This document shows positions 28,828-39,070 of a DNA stretch of 64,000 nt, one piece after another. How positions within the stretch are numbered: position 1 is the stretch's first letter; each line of letters opens with the position of its first letter. Made by a program: the position numbers and the translations under genes. The notes under the pieces were generated by a model. The model saw nothing but the letters and a program-made list of their open reading frames with translations. It ran no database searches and was not told where the DNA came from. Origin of the DNA: an uncultured virus (IMG/VR IMGVR_UViG_2061766007_000727) (Duplodnaviria; Heunggongvirae; Uroviricota; Caudoviricetes); IMG/VR virus record IMGVR_UViG_2061766007_000727; one strand, 5' to 3'.

Positions 28828-30815
28828 GTGTAGATATACATCAAGTTAAAGAAAAATTATCGGAGAACACCTGTGATTTGTATTCTTTGTGTAAAAGTTC
28901 CAAAATCAACCCGTGGTCAAGAATGAAACCCTATGATATGGACAAGGTTGAATCATTGACTGAATCGGAAAGGTCTGGGTTGTATTATGGTTTCGGCAAC
29001 TTGAGTAATGAGGGTAATTTAAAACTGATGTTTCAAGATTTGACGGAAGGTATAGGTGGTGATTTATCAAAACTTTTTGATACAAAAAAAACAACTTATA
29101 ACAAACCTACAACAAAATACAGGCTGGCGGATTTTGATGGGTATGATGAAAATCCAAGTCCATTATTTAAGGTTAATTACAATTCGTCAATAGCGGATTA
29201 TTTCTATTTTTACAATGAAATGTATTATAAGGAATATAACGCAACCAATGTGCTTTTATGCGACCAAAACTGCGGATATTATTCACAAAATACCAACCCT
29301 CAATTAAGGGTGTTAGAGTATGAATATGACAATAATACAAGATACAGAATATTCAGTTATAATGAAAATTCCATTTCATCAAATTGTTTAATTCCAGAAT
29401 TTTCATCTGTAACAATACACACACCATTATCTTTGAAAGAATTAGGAATAGATAAAAACATATCGGATGATTATACAATCGGTTTATTATTAAAAATAAA
29501 CAACAAATATTATTTGTATAATACGTTATTTCCTATTAATAAAATAGTTTCATCTAATTATTCATCGGAAATTTATCATAATTATGAAGGAAATCAACAG
29601 AGTTGTGTTTTAGCAACCAAAACGAACAATACATTAACCATATACGCACACGCTTGGTTGTTTGACACACGTTTGAATTGTGAAGATACGGAAACGAGCG
29701 GTCATACAACATATAAAGGTTGGTCTCCAAGTTCAGATTATAGTATGAATGTCCTCTATAGATTGAATGAAGATACCTTGATAAATTCAAAGATAGTGAT
29801 AACGAAACTAACAAATGTCCCCACACAAGACACATCACAGTTGTTTAGAGAGATAACAACAAGCAGTGTTGGTAATGAAACAATATTATCGTGTGAGTTC
29901 ATTAATAACATTAATAAAAGAAATGGCACGTATCTTAAAAAACCTATTTTAAGCAATATGCCAAAAAATAACGCATATTATATTTCAAAATTAAGAATAG
30001 ACCCAAATCCAGAGTGTAATCCAACTACAAATTTGATTTACAGGAGAATAAAACGCAGTGATACTAATATATATATTTATGATTTAAAACCCATATTATA
30101 CAATATTAATATTGACTTAATCACGCAGGTTCAAAAAAAGGTATTGAATAGTTACAGTAATGCTCAAGACCAAGACCCGTATAACGGACTTACTGAAGAA
30201 TACTATCAGTTTGACAATGTTACAAGTCCTTCTTATGAAGATACACAAACCGCATTTATAAAAATAAATGTTAAAATAACCAACAATAATACTGCTCAAC
30301 CTATTTCTGGTAAAAATTTTTGTTTTTACAAAAATGACGATACCGTATCTTATGCGGATTCTTTGAGTGTCAAGGGTAATATGTCTTATACGAATAATAC
30401 ACTTTATTTATTCAAACCAGACCCAGACAAGGATGGTTATGATTTTATGTTATACGGTCATTATTCGCTGAATAAACAGACTTATAATAATCAGACAATC
30501 TATTACAAAAATAATAGGGAACGCTTCCCTTTAAATACGATTCCTATTTATTTGACAAAGAAAGAAGGCACACAGATTGTGCAGGACGGAATATTAAATA
30601 GACTTCTTATTCAAGATAAGAATTTCGACAACTATGATTGTGATTTTACATTTGAATTTGATATAAAATATGGTGTGGAAGACACTATAAGTGGTGACGT
30701 ACAATATAATGGGTTTGAAGTGTCGGCAAATAACACACAAAACTATCATAAAATTAAAATAGACACGAGTGACCCTAATTACGATAGTGATGTGAATTGG
30801 CTTGATAATGTTTAA
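28824..30815 (+). CDS. Putative tail tip/receptor-binding protein
   Basis: INPWSRMKP...YRLADFDGY N-terminus; coupled to the S74 gene; AT-rich body. Confidence 0.6.
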   Translation: MSVDIHQVKEKLSENTCDLYSLCKSSKINPWSRMKPYDMDKVESLTESERSGLYYGFGNLSNEGNLKLMFQDLTEGIGGDLSKLFDTKKTTYNKPTTKYRLADFDGYDENPSPLFKVNYNSSIADYFYFYNEMYYKEYNATNVLLCDQNCGYYSQNTNPQLRVLEYEYDNNTRYRIFSYNENSISSNCLIPEFSSVTIHTPLSLKELGIDKNISDDYTIGLLLKINNKYYLYNTLFPINKIVSSNYSSEIYHNYEGNQQSCVLATKTNNTLTIYAHAWLFDTRLNCEDTETSGHTTYKGWSPSSDYSMNVLYRLNEDTLINSKIVITKLTNVPTQDTSQLFREITTSSVGNETILSCEFINNINKRNGTYLKKPILSNMPKNNAYYISKLRIDPNPECNPTTNLIYRRIKRSDTNIYIYDLKPILYNINIDLITQVQKKVLNSYSNAQDQDPYNGLTEEYYQFDNVTSPSYEDTQTAFIKINVKITNNNTAQPISGKNFCFYKNDDTVSYADSLSVKGNMSYTNNTLYLFKPDPDKDGYDFMLYGHYSLNKQTYNNQTIYYKNNRERFPLNTIPIYLTKKEGTQIVQDGILNRLLIQDKNFDNYDCDFTFEFDIKYGVEDTISGDVQYNGFEVSANNTQNYHKIKIDTSDPNYDSDVNWLDNV

Positions 30816-30832
30816 TTTTAAATTATAAGAAT

Positions 30833-31156
30833 ATGGTAGAACTCACAAGTAAGAACCAAATAGGTAATTTCACCTATACAAACGGTACAATCACCTTGAC
30901 AGGCAGTTTCAAGGCTGACGCTGACAACACCCTTGTCAACATAACTGCCAATTACGAAGATGTAAATGTAAATATGTATTATGATGTTAATAACGATATG
31001 TTCCAATATTACATCAACGGACTGACCACAGAGAAAATCATTGAGGTTTCGGAAATCTTGAACGATGCTTGGGAAGATGTGAGCAACAACCTTAACAGTG
31101 ATGTTGTTGTGGAATCCGAAGAAGAACAATCCGAACAGGAAGAAGAACTGAAATGA
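30833..31156 (+). CDS. Hypothetical protein
   Basis: Clean ORF followed by the AAAGCCTTC/GAAGGCTTT terminator. Confidence 0.65.
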   Translation: MVELTSKNQIGNFTYTNGTITLTGSFKADADNTLVNITANYEDVNVNMYYDVNNDMFQYYINGLTTEKIIEVSEILNDAWEDVSNNLNSDVVVESEEEQSEQEEELK

Positions 31157-31309
31157 TGAGTGTGAATCCAAAGCCTTCCCAAAACACCGAGAAGGCTTTT
31201 TAACACCACCTACTTAAAAAGTAATTATGATTTTGTTTTTCTATTACAAAATATATATTACTTTTGTGGTTTGAAATTTAATTAGAATGTCTAACTAAAA
31301 AGAGTTGTT

Positions 31310-31564
31310 ATGACGGAGAAAGAGTTATTATTGAAGATGAATTTTGAGCGAGAGGAACTCGCCCAAGCGATTAGGGACACTCTTGAAACTCACAGACCGA
31401 AACTCACACAACGCAAGATATGTGAGGATTTGTCTGCGAAGTACAGTAAGGAGATTGGTAAGGAATGGAAGTTCTATCCGCAGAACTTCAACGCATTCTT
31501 GAACGGAAGGGCGAAACTTTCCTTCCAAAAGGTGAAAATGATTGTTGACTATCTTGGTATGTAA
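31310..31564 (+). CDS. XRE/Cro-like helix-turn-helix protein
   Basis: LTQRKICEDL...FNAFLNGR..LS..KV..I..YLG pattern; own promoter. Confidence 0.7.
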   Translation: MTEKELLLKMNFEREELAQAIRDTLETHRPKLTQRKICEDLSAKYSKEIGKEWKFYPQNFNAFLNGRAKLSFQKVKMIVDYLGM

Positions 31565-32459
31565 GAATATCAAAATGAGTGCTGATGTGAACATATTGAG
31601 TTCAGTAACCAACTATCTTATGGGCGAAAGCCGAGATGGTTTAAAGGGTATGTGCGGTGACGTGCATAACCTACGGGCCGCAGGAAAACTACACCACCAG
31701 ACCGCATCTTGTTCCGTATGCAGTGAGTTATGGGGTTGCTCAAAACAACCTCACAACAATACCTATGGTGTAAGGGAGTTGCAGATACTGCTGAATACAA
31801 AGTCAGAAAAAACGAATAATAATAGTAATGATGGTAACAATTACGTTAGTTATTGTTATGATTACAATAACAACGATAACAACAATTGCGTAAGCAATTT
31901 TGTTAGAAGTCTGTCTATGTGTATCCCTTTCTTTAATTTATTTAAAGAAATAAATAGAGATATAGATAGTATCTATGGTCTTGGGATGAATAACGGTACG
32001 GAGAACGAAAAGCCTGCCGTAATATTAGGCTCTGCAAGGGTCTGCACATACAAACCACATACGAGCGTTAATCGGGTATGCGAGGTATCTGGGGCAGAAT
32101 GGGGTGGTGATAAGTGCGGAAATCAGTATGGTTTTCTCACAAAAGCCACACAAACCGTTTCTAACGCATTATTTCGTGTTAGGTGGGCAAGCATACGCTT
32201 GTCGGTTTTAATGTGCTTAAAACGGATTTTTATAGCCTTAAAAACGATTTCGGATAGTTCATCTACTACTCCACGTTTGCAAGGTGTCGGTTTTATGGGG
32301 TGATTTAAGGGTGTTTTAGCACTCGTTAGGTTGTCTCATAGTTGAACGGATGGTGCGGACAATGTGCTTGAACGGCAAGAAGTATGTCCGAAAGAATCCG
32401 AAACTTACAAGAAGTGATTTTTGTGAGATTGTTATAGGTATGTAAAGTTGTGAAGAAAA

Positions 32460-32684
32460 ATGGATACGTTGACCGCAGAATGGAAACCGAAAGGAAGGAT
32501 ATACTTGGTGGAGATTGAATCCAACAAGAGAAACAGAAGTGTGTTCTCCGCACCCACTTGGGTTAGGGATGACAATACGCTTGTGCAGTGGTTGAAGGAC
32601 AGAATCGCTGACAAGACACTGCTTGCGTTTGAGGAAGTAAGAATCGTGAAACCAATCACTGATGTGGTGGTTAAACTTTCGTAA
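32460..32684 (+). CDS. Hypothetical protein
   Basis: Clean ORF. Confidence 0.6.
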   Translation: MDTLTAEWKPKGRIYLVEIESNKRNRSVFSAPTWVRDDNTLVQWLKDRIADKTLLAFEEVRIVKPITDVVVKLS

Positions 32685-32731
32685 CGTTGTTATATATTAG
32701 AATATGTTTAACAATAAAAATTGATTTTGGT

Positions 32732-33007
32732 ATGAATTTAAAGAAGTTAATGAATAGTCGCAGAGTAAGTGATGGTGTAGATGAATTAGAAGATTACAGA
32801 CGAACAATTAAAAGTCATTATGGTTCTAATAAGAATATGATAATGGAATATTTGGATAATCAATGTTTAAATTGGCATATTCTTGATTATAAAGATTATC
32901 GTATTTTATGTGAAGAAAATGGTATAAAACCACTTCCAATGGGGTATCAACCAAGAAAAACTGCTGCTTCAAAAGCGTATGAAGAAAGTGCGTTATATAC
33001 TATGTGA
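32732..33007 (+). CDS. Hypothetical protein with MNLKKLM leader and RRVSD motif
   Basis: Late promoter at 32690, terminator at about 33037-33069. Confidence 0.7.
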   Translation: MNLKKLMNSRRVSDGVDELEDYRRTIKSHYGSNKNMIMEYLDNQCLNWHILDYKDYRILCEENGIKPLPMGYQPRKTAASKAYEESALYTM

Positions 33008-33135
33008 TTTTTTTTGAAATTCAATATACCATTTAAAAAGCGAACCCCACAAAAGAGTTCGCTTTTTTTATTATCCATCTATTGCATATAACAAAAATTC
33101 TATTATCTTTGCGGTTCTAAAACAACAACAGAGGT

Positions 33136-34497
33136 ATGAAGAAATCCGATTTAGAGTTTTTGTGGAACATACGCACCAAAGGTCTTTCCGAAGAAACGAA
33201 GTCAAGGCTGCTCAAACCCACAGGTAAGAACAACGCTCTTGTCAATCGAGACTACATATACGCTCTCGCCATAGTGGTAGGTTTCCAACGCAGTAACCCA
33301 GAGTTTGAGTTCACGGAAAGCACCACCGCACAGGACATTTGGTTGGGAATACCGCAGACTGAACGATTCCGACTTTCGTTCTACACACCCTGCCTTGCGC
33401 TCAACTTTGATGAGTTGAAGGAAACAGAGCAGAAGGAGATACTTGACAAACCTAATTGGTACTTCACACGTAAATACACAGGCATACGTTGCATTCTCGT
33501 TTACATCAACGGAACAATCAAACTTTATAGTAGGAATTTCTCCGATGATGACTGCCACTGCCTTGAGTATTTTTCAAAGATATACCAACAACCTAACACA
33601 ATCAACACCACCTATGTTGTGGATGTGGAGATGGTGCTTTCAAAACGAATCAATATCTCTGATGATTTGAACAAGCATAACGTTTACCCCACCAACGATA
33701 TTGAATCCCTAATCGGTTTGATAGGACTTGAGATAAACGATTCGCTCTACATACAGAAACAAGTCAAGGAACAATTCGGAACAGACCTGATTGAGTTCCG
33801 ACTGATTGCACCTATCTATTATAATGGTGTGAACTACTTGAAGAAAACGTTGGGAGAAGGAATGGATGTTTACAACCGATGTGCGGAGTATGGTTACAAC
33901 ACATTAGGGTTAAACGTTAAACCAATCGGCAGGTGCAATGGTGGAAGGTACGAGAAGTTGGTTTTTCTCAATTCCATTCTCAACGAAGGCGGAGAGGGTG
34001 TTGTGGCGCAGAACTACAACGGAACGTACTGCACATCCGACAAGCGCAGTAAGGAATCGTACATCAAGATAAAACACCAATTAGGTGAGAGGGAAGGGTT
34101 GTGCGACACCATAGACGGATACGTAGGTGGATTCAAGGTGGGTGATGACGGAATAATCAACGCTCTGCAAGTGTTCGTTCAAGCGGAGTTCAACGGAAAG
34201 TACAATCCGCACTTGATTGCGACAGTGCCGATAGGTGTTAGGTTGGGAAAGCAAATATCAGTTGATGGTTATGAAGGATATGCGCCTGTGAGCGTTGGTG
34301 ACAAGGTTGTGTCGCTCAAATATGATTACTACCACAAGGTTGTTGAGATTGACGGAAACGGAATCAACGCAGGTAGGAAGGTTATCGCACCCAAGTTCGT
34401 TAGGTTTAGGGATGACAAGAGTATGAGCGAGTGCGTCTATTCGGCAGATTTTATTTTGAGCCAGATAAAGGAGAAGAATAACTATACTAAAGTTTAG
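33136..34497 (+). CDS. ATP-dependent DNA ligase (divergent motifs)
   Basis: KYTGIR, LYSR, EGVV, IKIK, PKFVRFRDDK. Confidence 0.85.
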   Translation: MKKSDLEFLWNIRTKGLSEETKSRLLKPTGKNNALVNRDYIYALAIVVGFQRSNPEFEFTESTTAQDIWLGIPQTERFRLSFYTPCLALNFDELKETEQKEILDKPNWYFTRKYTGIRCILVYINGTIKLYSRNFSDDDCHCLEYFSKIYQQPNTINTTYVVDVEMVLSKRINISDDLNKHNVYPTNDIESLIGLIGLEINDSLYIQKQVKEQFGTDLIEFRLIAPIYYNGVNYLKKTLGEGMDVYNRCAEYGYNTLGLNVKPIGRCNGGRYEKLVFLNSILNEGGEGVVAQNYNGTYCTSDKRSKESYIKIKHQLGEREGLCDTIDGYVGGFKVGDDGIINALQVFVQAEFNGKYNPHLIATVPIGVRLGKQISVDGYEGYAPVSVGDKVVSLKYDYYHKVVEIDGNGINAGRKVIAPKFVRFRDDKSMSECVYSADFILSQIKEKNNYTKV

Positions 34498-34501
34498 GAT
34501 T

Positions 34502-34672
34502 ATGGAAGAAAACGTAAAAATTGAGTTGAAGAAGTTCGCAGAGTATGTGGAACACCATTTAGGGCATATCATCACCAAGAACAGAGATGGTAATTACGAG
34601 TTGTTGGATTCGTTCAAAAACGGAAAACTGCTTGAATTGTATCTCAAGTTGAGAGAAATGAAAATTTTGTAG
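34502..34672 (+). CDS. Small hypothetical protein (56 aa, below the ORF-track cutoff)
   Basis: MEENVKIELKKF...REMKIL*, starting 4 nt after the ligase stop. Confidence 0.6.
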   Translation: MEENVKIELKKFAEYVEHHLGHIITKNRDGNYELLDSFKNGKLLELYLKLREMKIL

Positions 34673-34799
34673 GTTTATGTTTGTACATAACAAAACTCTT
34701 ATTATATTTGCGGAGTTAATAAGAAACAACAAAAACATTATTTGTGTTGCGGACAGATAATGGTAAAACTTAAAAATAGGTTGTAAAAGACCGAAAGGG

Positions 34800-34844
34800 A
34801 ACTTGTAGTTTGAGAGCCGCAACCTTTCAGATTACAAGTTTTTT
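34800..34844 (+). terminator. Long hairpin (17 bp with 3 G-U pairs) plus U-run; terminator or attenuator
   Basis: AACTTGTAGTTTGAGAG-CCGCAAC-CTTTCAGATTACAAGTT-TTTT. Confidence 0.7.
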
Positions 34845-34866
34845 AATTTAAAAAAAGTTTAGTGTT

Positions 34867-35319
34867 ATGGATTTGAAAGGTTTAATGAATGTAAGGAATG
34901 AAGAAATGCGTAAGATATACGATATGGCACATATCGGTAACTTCGGTAGTGATAATCTTGAGTTATACATAAACTCAAGGGAAGGTAAAAATATTCCGCA
35001 TTTTCACGTTTTAGACCACACTTCGGAAGGTGAGGAAGTTGAAACGTGTATTTATATTAAAGAGAACAGATATTTTCATCACGGCAGACATCAAGGTACA
35101 TTGAATGCAAAACAACGTGATGCTTTGATGGCTTTTATGCAGTCCAAACCCAAGACAAACAAACCGCAGTTCAATAAGTTTGATACTTATTATGAACTGA
35201 TAGCGTATTTGTGGGAGTTGTTTTATCCGAACAGTGATACGGAAATCAAGTATGATAAGGATGGTAATGTGATAATACCAGACTACACCAATATTCTACC
35301 TTATAAAGAGAGTAAATAA
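34867..35319 (+). CDS. DUF4160-like (HicA-related) protein with MDLKGLM leader
   Basis: LYINSREG..PHFHV motif. Confidence 0.6.
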   Translation: MDLKGLMNVRNEEMRKIYDMAHIGNFGSDNLELYINSREGKNIPHFHVLDHTSEGEEVETCIYIKENRYFHHGRHQGTLNAKQRDALMAFMQSKPKTNKPQFNKFDTYYELIAYLWELFYPNSDTEIKYDKDGNVIIPDYTNILPYKESK

Positions 35320-36482
35320 TGTCAGCGGATTTCAAAATCAAGAATTTCCAATCCATCAAGGATGCCGACATCAAAGTGGATGGTTTCACAATCCTTGTGG
35401 GAGAATCAAGTCAAGGCAAGTCAGCCTGCCTTCGTGCCATCAATGCGGCTTGTAACAACAAGTTCAAGCAGAATTTTCTGCGTTATGGTGCTGACACCAT
35501 ACAGGTTGACATCGATTACAACGAAGGTTCAAAACTTCAAGTCACCAAGACGAAGAAGGAATCACCAACCTACAAACTGAACGACCTTGTTTTTCAAAAA
35601 CTCAACCGCACAGTGCCAGACGAGGTGAACGACTTCAATAACTTCGGTGTCATAGACTACTTTGAGCAGAAGTATCCGCTCAACTATTTCAGTCAGTTCG
35701 CAAAGCCGTTACTGCTTGAGTTCAGTCAGAAACGCATACTTGAGATATTATCGTCATCCAAAGCATACGATGATATGAACACCGCTTCCACCAACCTTAA
35801 CAAGCACAAGGAACAGAACAATGGTGCGTTCAAGCAACTATCGTCTATGCTTTCCGAAAACAAGAACCAACTATCCGTTCTCAAAAAGCAACGAGACACC
35901 ATAGAAGGTGGTATAATGCAGATGAGAGATTGTCAGCAGTCTTTGACTGACATAGACAAAACCCAAACCAATATTACCGAACTGACAACATTATATGATA
36001 CCTACAACAAGTCAAACACAAGGTTATCAGTTCTGTTGAAATTACAAGAAACGTATGACCAATACAATGACATACATACCATTCTTGACAAGGCTTGTGA
36101 GTTGGACAGACTTATTTCGGAGAGTGATTCAGTAAACGATTCGCTCAACGTACTGAACGAGGACTTGTCCAAGTGCGACAAATGCCTTTCAATAAAGAAG
36201 GATATAGACAACTTGAATTTTGAATCAGTAACAACGTTGGATAAACTGATTACCGAGCATAAGCAGTTCAAGGACAAATACAAGGTTATTGAGCATACCT
36301 TCACCAAGTTGTCAGCCATTATGGATTTCAAAAGGAATAAAACCAACCTTGAAACCCAACTCAACAAACTGAACACGCTTTTCGACTTGATGGGTATAGC
36401 GAAGTCACAACAAGAGGAACTAAAGAAAAAGGAGTATATGGTGAACAACCGTATATGTCCGATATGTGGTAATAAAATCTAA
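35319..36482 (+). CDS. SbcC/Rad50-like ATPase, N-terminal half (Walker A, coiled coil, Zn hook)
   Basis: IKNFQSI, GESSQGKS, terminal CPICG. Confidence 0.85.
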   Translation: MSADFKIKNFQSIKDADIKVDGFTILVGESSQGKSACLRAINAACNNKFKQNFLRYGADTIQVDIDYNEGSKLQVTKTKKESPTYKLNDLVFQKLNRTVPDEVNDFNNFGVIDYFEQKYPLNYFSQFAKPLLLEFSQKRILEILSSSKAYDDMNTASTNLNKHKEQNNGAFKQLSSMLSENKNQLSVLKKQRDTIEGGIMQMRDCQQSLTDIDKTQTNITELTTLYDTYNKSNTRLSVLLKLQETYDQYNDIHTILDKACELDRLISESDSVNDSLNVLNEDLSKCDKCLSIKKDIDNLNFESVTTLDKLITEHKQFKDKYKVIEHTFTKLSAIMDFKRNKTNLETQLNKLNTLFDLMGIAKSQQEELKKKEYMVNNRICPICGNKI

Positions 36483-36488
36483 ACAACA

Positions 36489-36734
36489 ATGGAACACAAC
36501 ATCGAACAAATCTACGAAAAGACACGTCAAGAGATTGAACGTATCAAGACAGAGCAGGCGGTGCGTATGGAGAAAATCAAAACGCTTGCGAGTGAACTGA
36601 ATCTGCAAGTTGATGCCAATCTGCCAAACAACGTTGCCGCACTCAAGCAACAGACTGAAACACAGAAGGCGGAACTTGAGGGTAAACTGAACGAGTTACT
36701 GAAAGAATTGGAATCCGATGGAATCAACGCTTGA
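36489..36734 (+). CDS. Coiled-coil protein (middle piece of the split SbcC?)
   Basis: Heptad-rich; lies between the two ATPase halves. Confidence 0.6.
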   Translation: MEHNIEQIYEKTRQEIERIKTEQAVRMEKIKTLASELNLQVDANLPNNVAALKQQTETQKAELEGKLNELLKELESDGINA

Positions 36735-37314
36735 ACAGAGGTGCAACGCACAGAATCTTCGGTACGAGCAGTTGAACGCAAACATATCCCACATTGAGAA
36801 TGTTATAAGCACAACCGAATCCGAACTTACGAAGATTACCAACGAGAAGGAACTGATAGAACGTGCAAGCCTTGCGCTCAAGCAAGTGCGACCATTGTTG
36901 AGCGGTTCTTCAATCAAGGATTGTGAGCAGTTAGCCAATTCAGCCATCAGTTCCATCTTTGGATTCGACTACACTGTGGAGTACGATTTGGAATCAAACC
37001 GATTCGTTCTCAACAAGGGTGATTACTCAACAGACCTTTCCGAAGCGGAGGGTGGTGGTATCATAACAGTAATATCGTTTGTGTTTCTAATCTACTTGAT
37101 TGTGAAACTCAACAAACGCAGGCTCATCATTCTTGACGAGGCGTTCACGCAGATTAGTGATGCTTACTTTGACAAGTTTATTGAGTTCGTGAACCAACTA
37201 TGTACTGACTTGGGTTTTGACATCTTGTTGGTGTCACATGACCAGAGAATAACTGTTGATAGCGTACAACACGCTTATTTGATTAGTAATGGTGAATCTA
37301 AAAAGATAAAGTGA
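36718..37314 (+). CDS. SbcC/Rad50-like ATPase, C-terminal half
   Basis: EGGG signature-like motif, Walker B IILDEAF, VSH H-loop. Confidence 0.85.
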   Translation: MESTLEQRCNAQNLRYEQLNANISHIENVISTTESELTKITNEKELIERASLALKQVRPLLSGSSIKDCEQLANSAISSIFGFDYTVEYDLESNRFVLNKGDYSTDLSEAEGGGIITVISFVFLIYLIVKLNKRRLIILDEAFTQISDAYFDKFIEFVNQLCTDLGFDILLVSHDQRITVDSVQHAYLISNGESKKIK

Positions 37315-37318
37315 AACT

Positions 37319-37531
37319 ATGAGTACAGACAAGAAGTACACGCAGAAAGACCTTGATAAGATGAAGGATACCGTTTACATTGTTTTCCGTGCGGAGGACA
37401 CCATCAAGGGTGATTGGGTTGAAAAACTGAACGAGACCAAAGACGCTGATTCGGAAACAAAGGAGAGAATAGCGGATGAGTATGTAACCGCTATCGCTAC
37501 CGAGATTCTTGAACACCTTGTAATATATTGA
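37319..37531 (+). CDS. Hypothetical protein
   Basis: Clean ORF in operon. Confidence 0.65.
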   Translation: MSTDKKYTQKDLDKMKDTVYIVFRAEDTIKGDWVEKLNETKDADSETKERIADEYVTAIATEILEHLVIY

Positions 37532-37537
37532 AAACTT

Positions 37538-38404
37538 ATGGCAACTAAATTCGTGTTCATAACGGACTTGCACATAACCGACAAGTCCAACATACGCACA
37601 GGAGACATTCTCCAAGACATAGCCGACAAACTTGAGTATGTGGTGTCTTTCGCAAACAAGACCAAAGCGAACATACTGATAGGTGGTGATGTGTTCGACA
37701 GACCTACTGTCCCAGACTACGTGAAGTCAAAGATTGCACCTATCTTCAAGAATGCGAAGCAAACCATTTACACCATCGCAGGAAACCACGATATACTCTA
37801 CAACAACACCGAGTTCAACTACCGAACATCCTACAATCTGTTCACAGAGTTCGGTTTGTTCACCGACATAGAAAACGGAGTGGACTTGAACGATGTGTAC
37901 CTTACTTGTGGTCTGCCGTTGGTAACAAGAAATAAGCCGCAGATATGTGTGTTTCACGGATTTTGGAACAAACAAGACGGAAAATGTACTTGTATGAGTT
38001 CCGATGTGATAACAACCCAAGACGAGTGCGTTGTACTGCTTGGACACGACCATAGCGTATATCCTGTTGAGAATCCGAGAAACAACGTTAGGGTTTACAG
38101 AGAGGGTTCGTTCCTTCGTGGAATACGAGACGATTCACAGAACAGAACACCCAATATGGTGTGCCTTGAAGTAACCGATGGTAAGATAAACGTTACGTTA
38201 GAGCCAATCAAGTGCAGAGCCGCAAGCGAGATTTTTGAGGCGAAGAAGTTTGAGATAACACAGACACAGAAACACAACTCGTATGAGGATGTTATTGAGA
38301 AGATTCGTGAATCAAGAAACACCGAGATGACACTTCAATCTGCGTTGAAGGAGGTGACAACAGACGATGTGGTGGACTATGTTATGATGTTGGTGGGTGA
38401 GTAA
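37538..38404 (+). CDS. sbcD: SbcD/Mre11-like metallophosphoesterase nuclease
   Basis: TDLH, GDVFD, GNHD, HG, GHDH motifs. Confidence 0.9.
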   Translation: MATKFVFITDLHITDKSNIRTGDILQDIADKLEYVVSFANKTKANILIGGDVFDRPTVPDYVKSKIAPIFKNAKQTIYTIAGNHDILYNNTEFNYRTSYNLFTEFGLFTDIENGVDLNDVYLTCGLPLVTRNKPQICVFHGFWNKQDGKCTCMSSDVITTQDECVVLLGHDHSVYPVENPRNNVRVYREGSFLRGIRDDSQNRTPNMVCLEVTDGKINVTLEPIKCRAASEIFEAKKFEITQTQKHNSYEDVIEKIRESRNTEMTLQSALKEVTTDDVVDYVMMLVGE

Positions 38405-38448
38405 GTTTGGAAGTTTGTTATATATTATAGATATAACATTGTTTGAAT

Positions 38449-39069
38449 ATGTCAAAGATTTCACATTTAGACGATTACAAGATGGGTAAACTCAAAGGTA
38501 AGTGTACCGACTTCCCCAACAAGGAACGTTTGAACACTTCTGATGAGAACTACCGCAGAGGTTACAAGGTGGGTAAGAAGGCAGGCGCAAAGGACACCCT
38601 TGACAAAGCGTTTTCCGATTCCGTTTCCGACCTTAAAGCCTTAATCGCACAATACAGACAAACCAAAGACATCAAGGTTTACGATGCCATTATTGACAAG
38701 TACCAAGACTTCCTTCTCACCAACGGAAGGCTTTCCGATTCTTCAAACATCAAGAATATGATTGCCGAATACCGCAAGACGAAGGATAGTGGTCTGTTCA
38801 AGTCCATAGTCAAAGCCTACACCAAAGTGAAGGACGCTGACGATGATGATGACTTCGTTCTCTTTGAGGACAAGGATGGTGATATGAAACTCGCCAAGAA
38901 ATACGCAAAGAACAACCTTGAATCAGCGAAGGAGTTCCTTGAGGACAACCCAGATATGAAGGTTGTCGGTGAGGATGAGGATGGTGGTGTGCTTGTGACC
39001 GACAAGGATGATGACGATGACACAACCAAAGAGGATGTGGTTGAACAAAAAGAGTTAAAAATGAAATAA
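38449..39069 (+). CDS. Late protein with internal duplication and x-D-S motifs
   Basis: LIAQYRQTKD / MIAEYRKTKD repeat; late promoter at 38418. Confidence 0.65.
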   Translation: MSKISHLDDYKMGKLKGKCTDFPNKERLNTSDENYRRGYKVGKKAGAKDTLDKAFSDSVSDLKALIAQYRQTKDIKVYDAIIDKYQDFLLTNGRLSDSSNIKNMIAEYRKTKDSGLFKSIVKAYTKVKDADDDDDFVLFEDKDGDMKLAKKYAKNNLESAKEFLEDNPDMKVVGEDEDGGVLVTDKDDDDDTTKEDVVEQKELKMK

Positions 39070-39070
39070 T

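Noticed and set aside
31542..32303. 253-aa ORF
   Set aside because: Low-complexity, atypical composition, overlaps the HTH gene; probably spurious.
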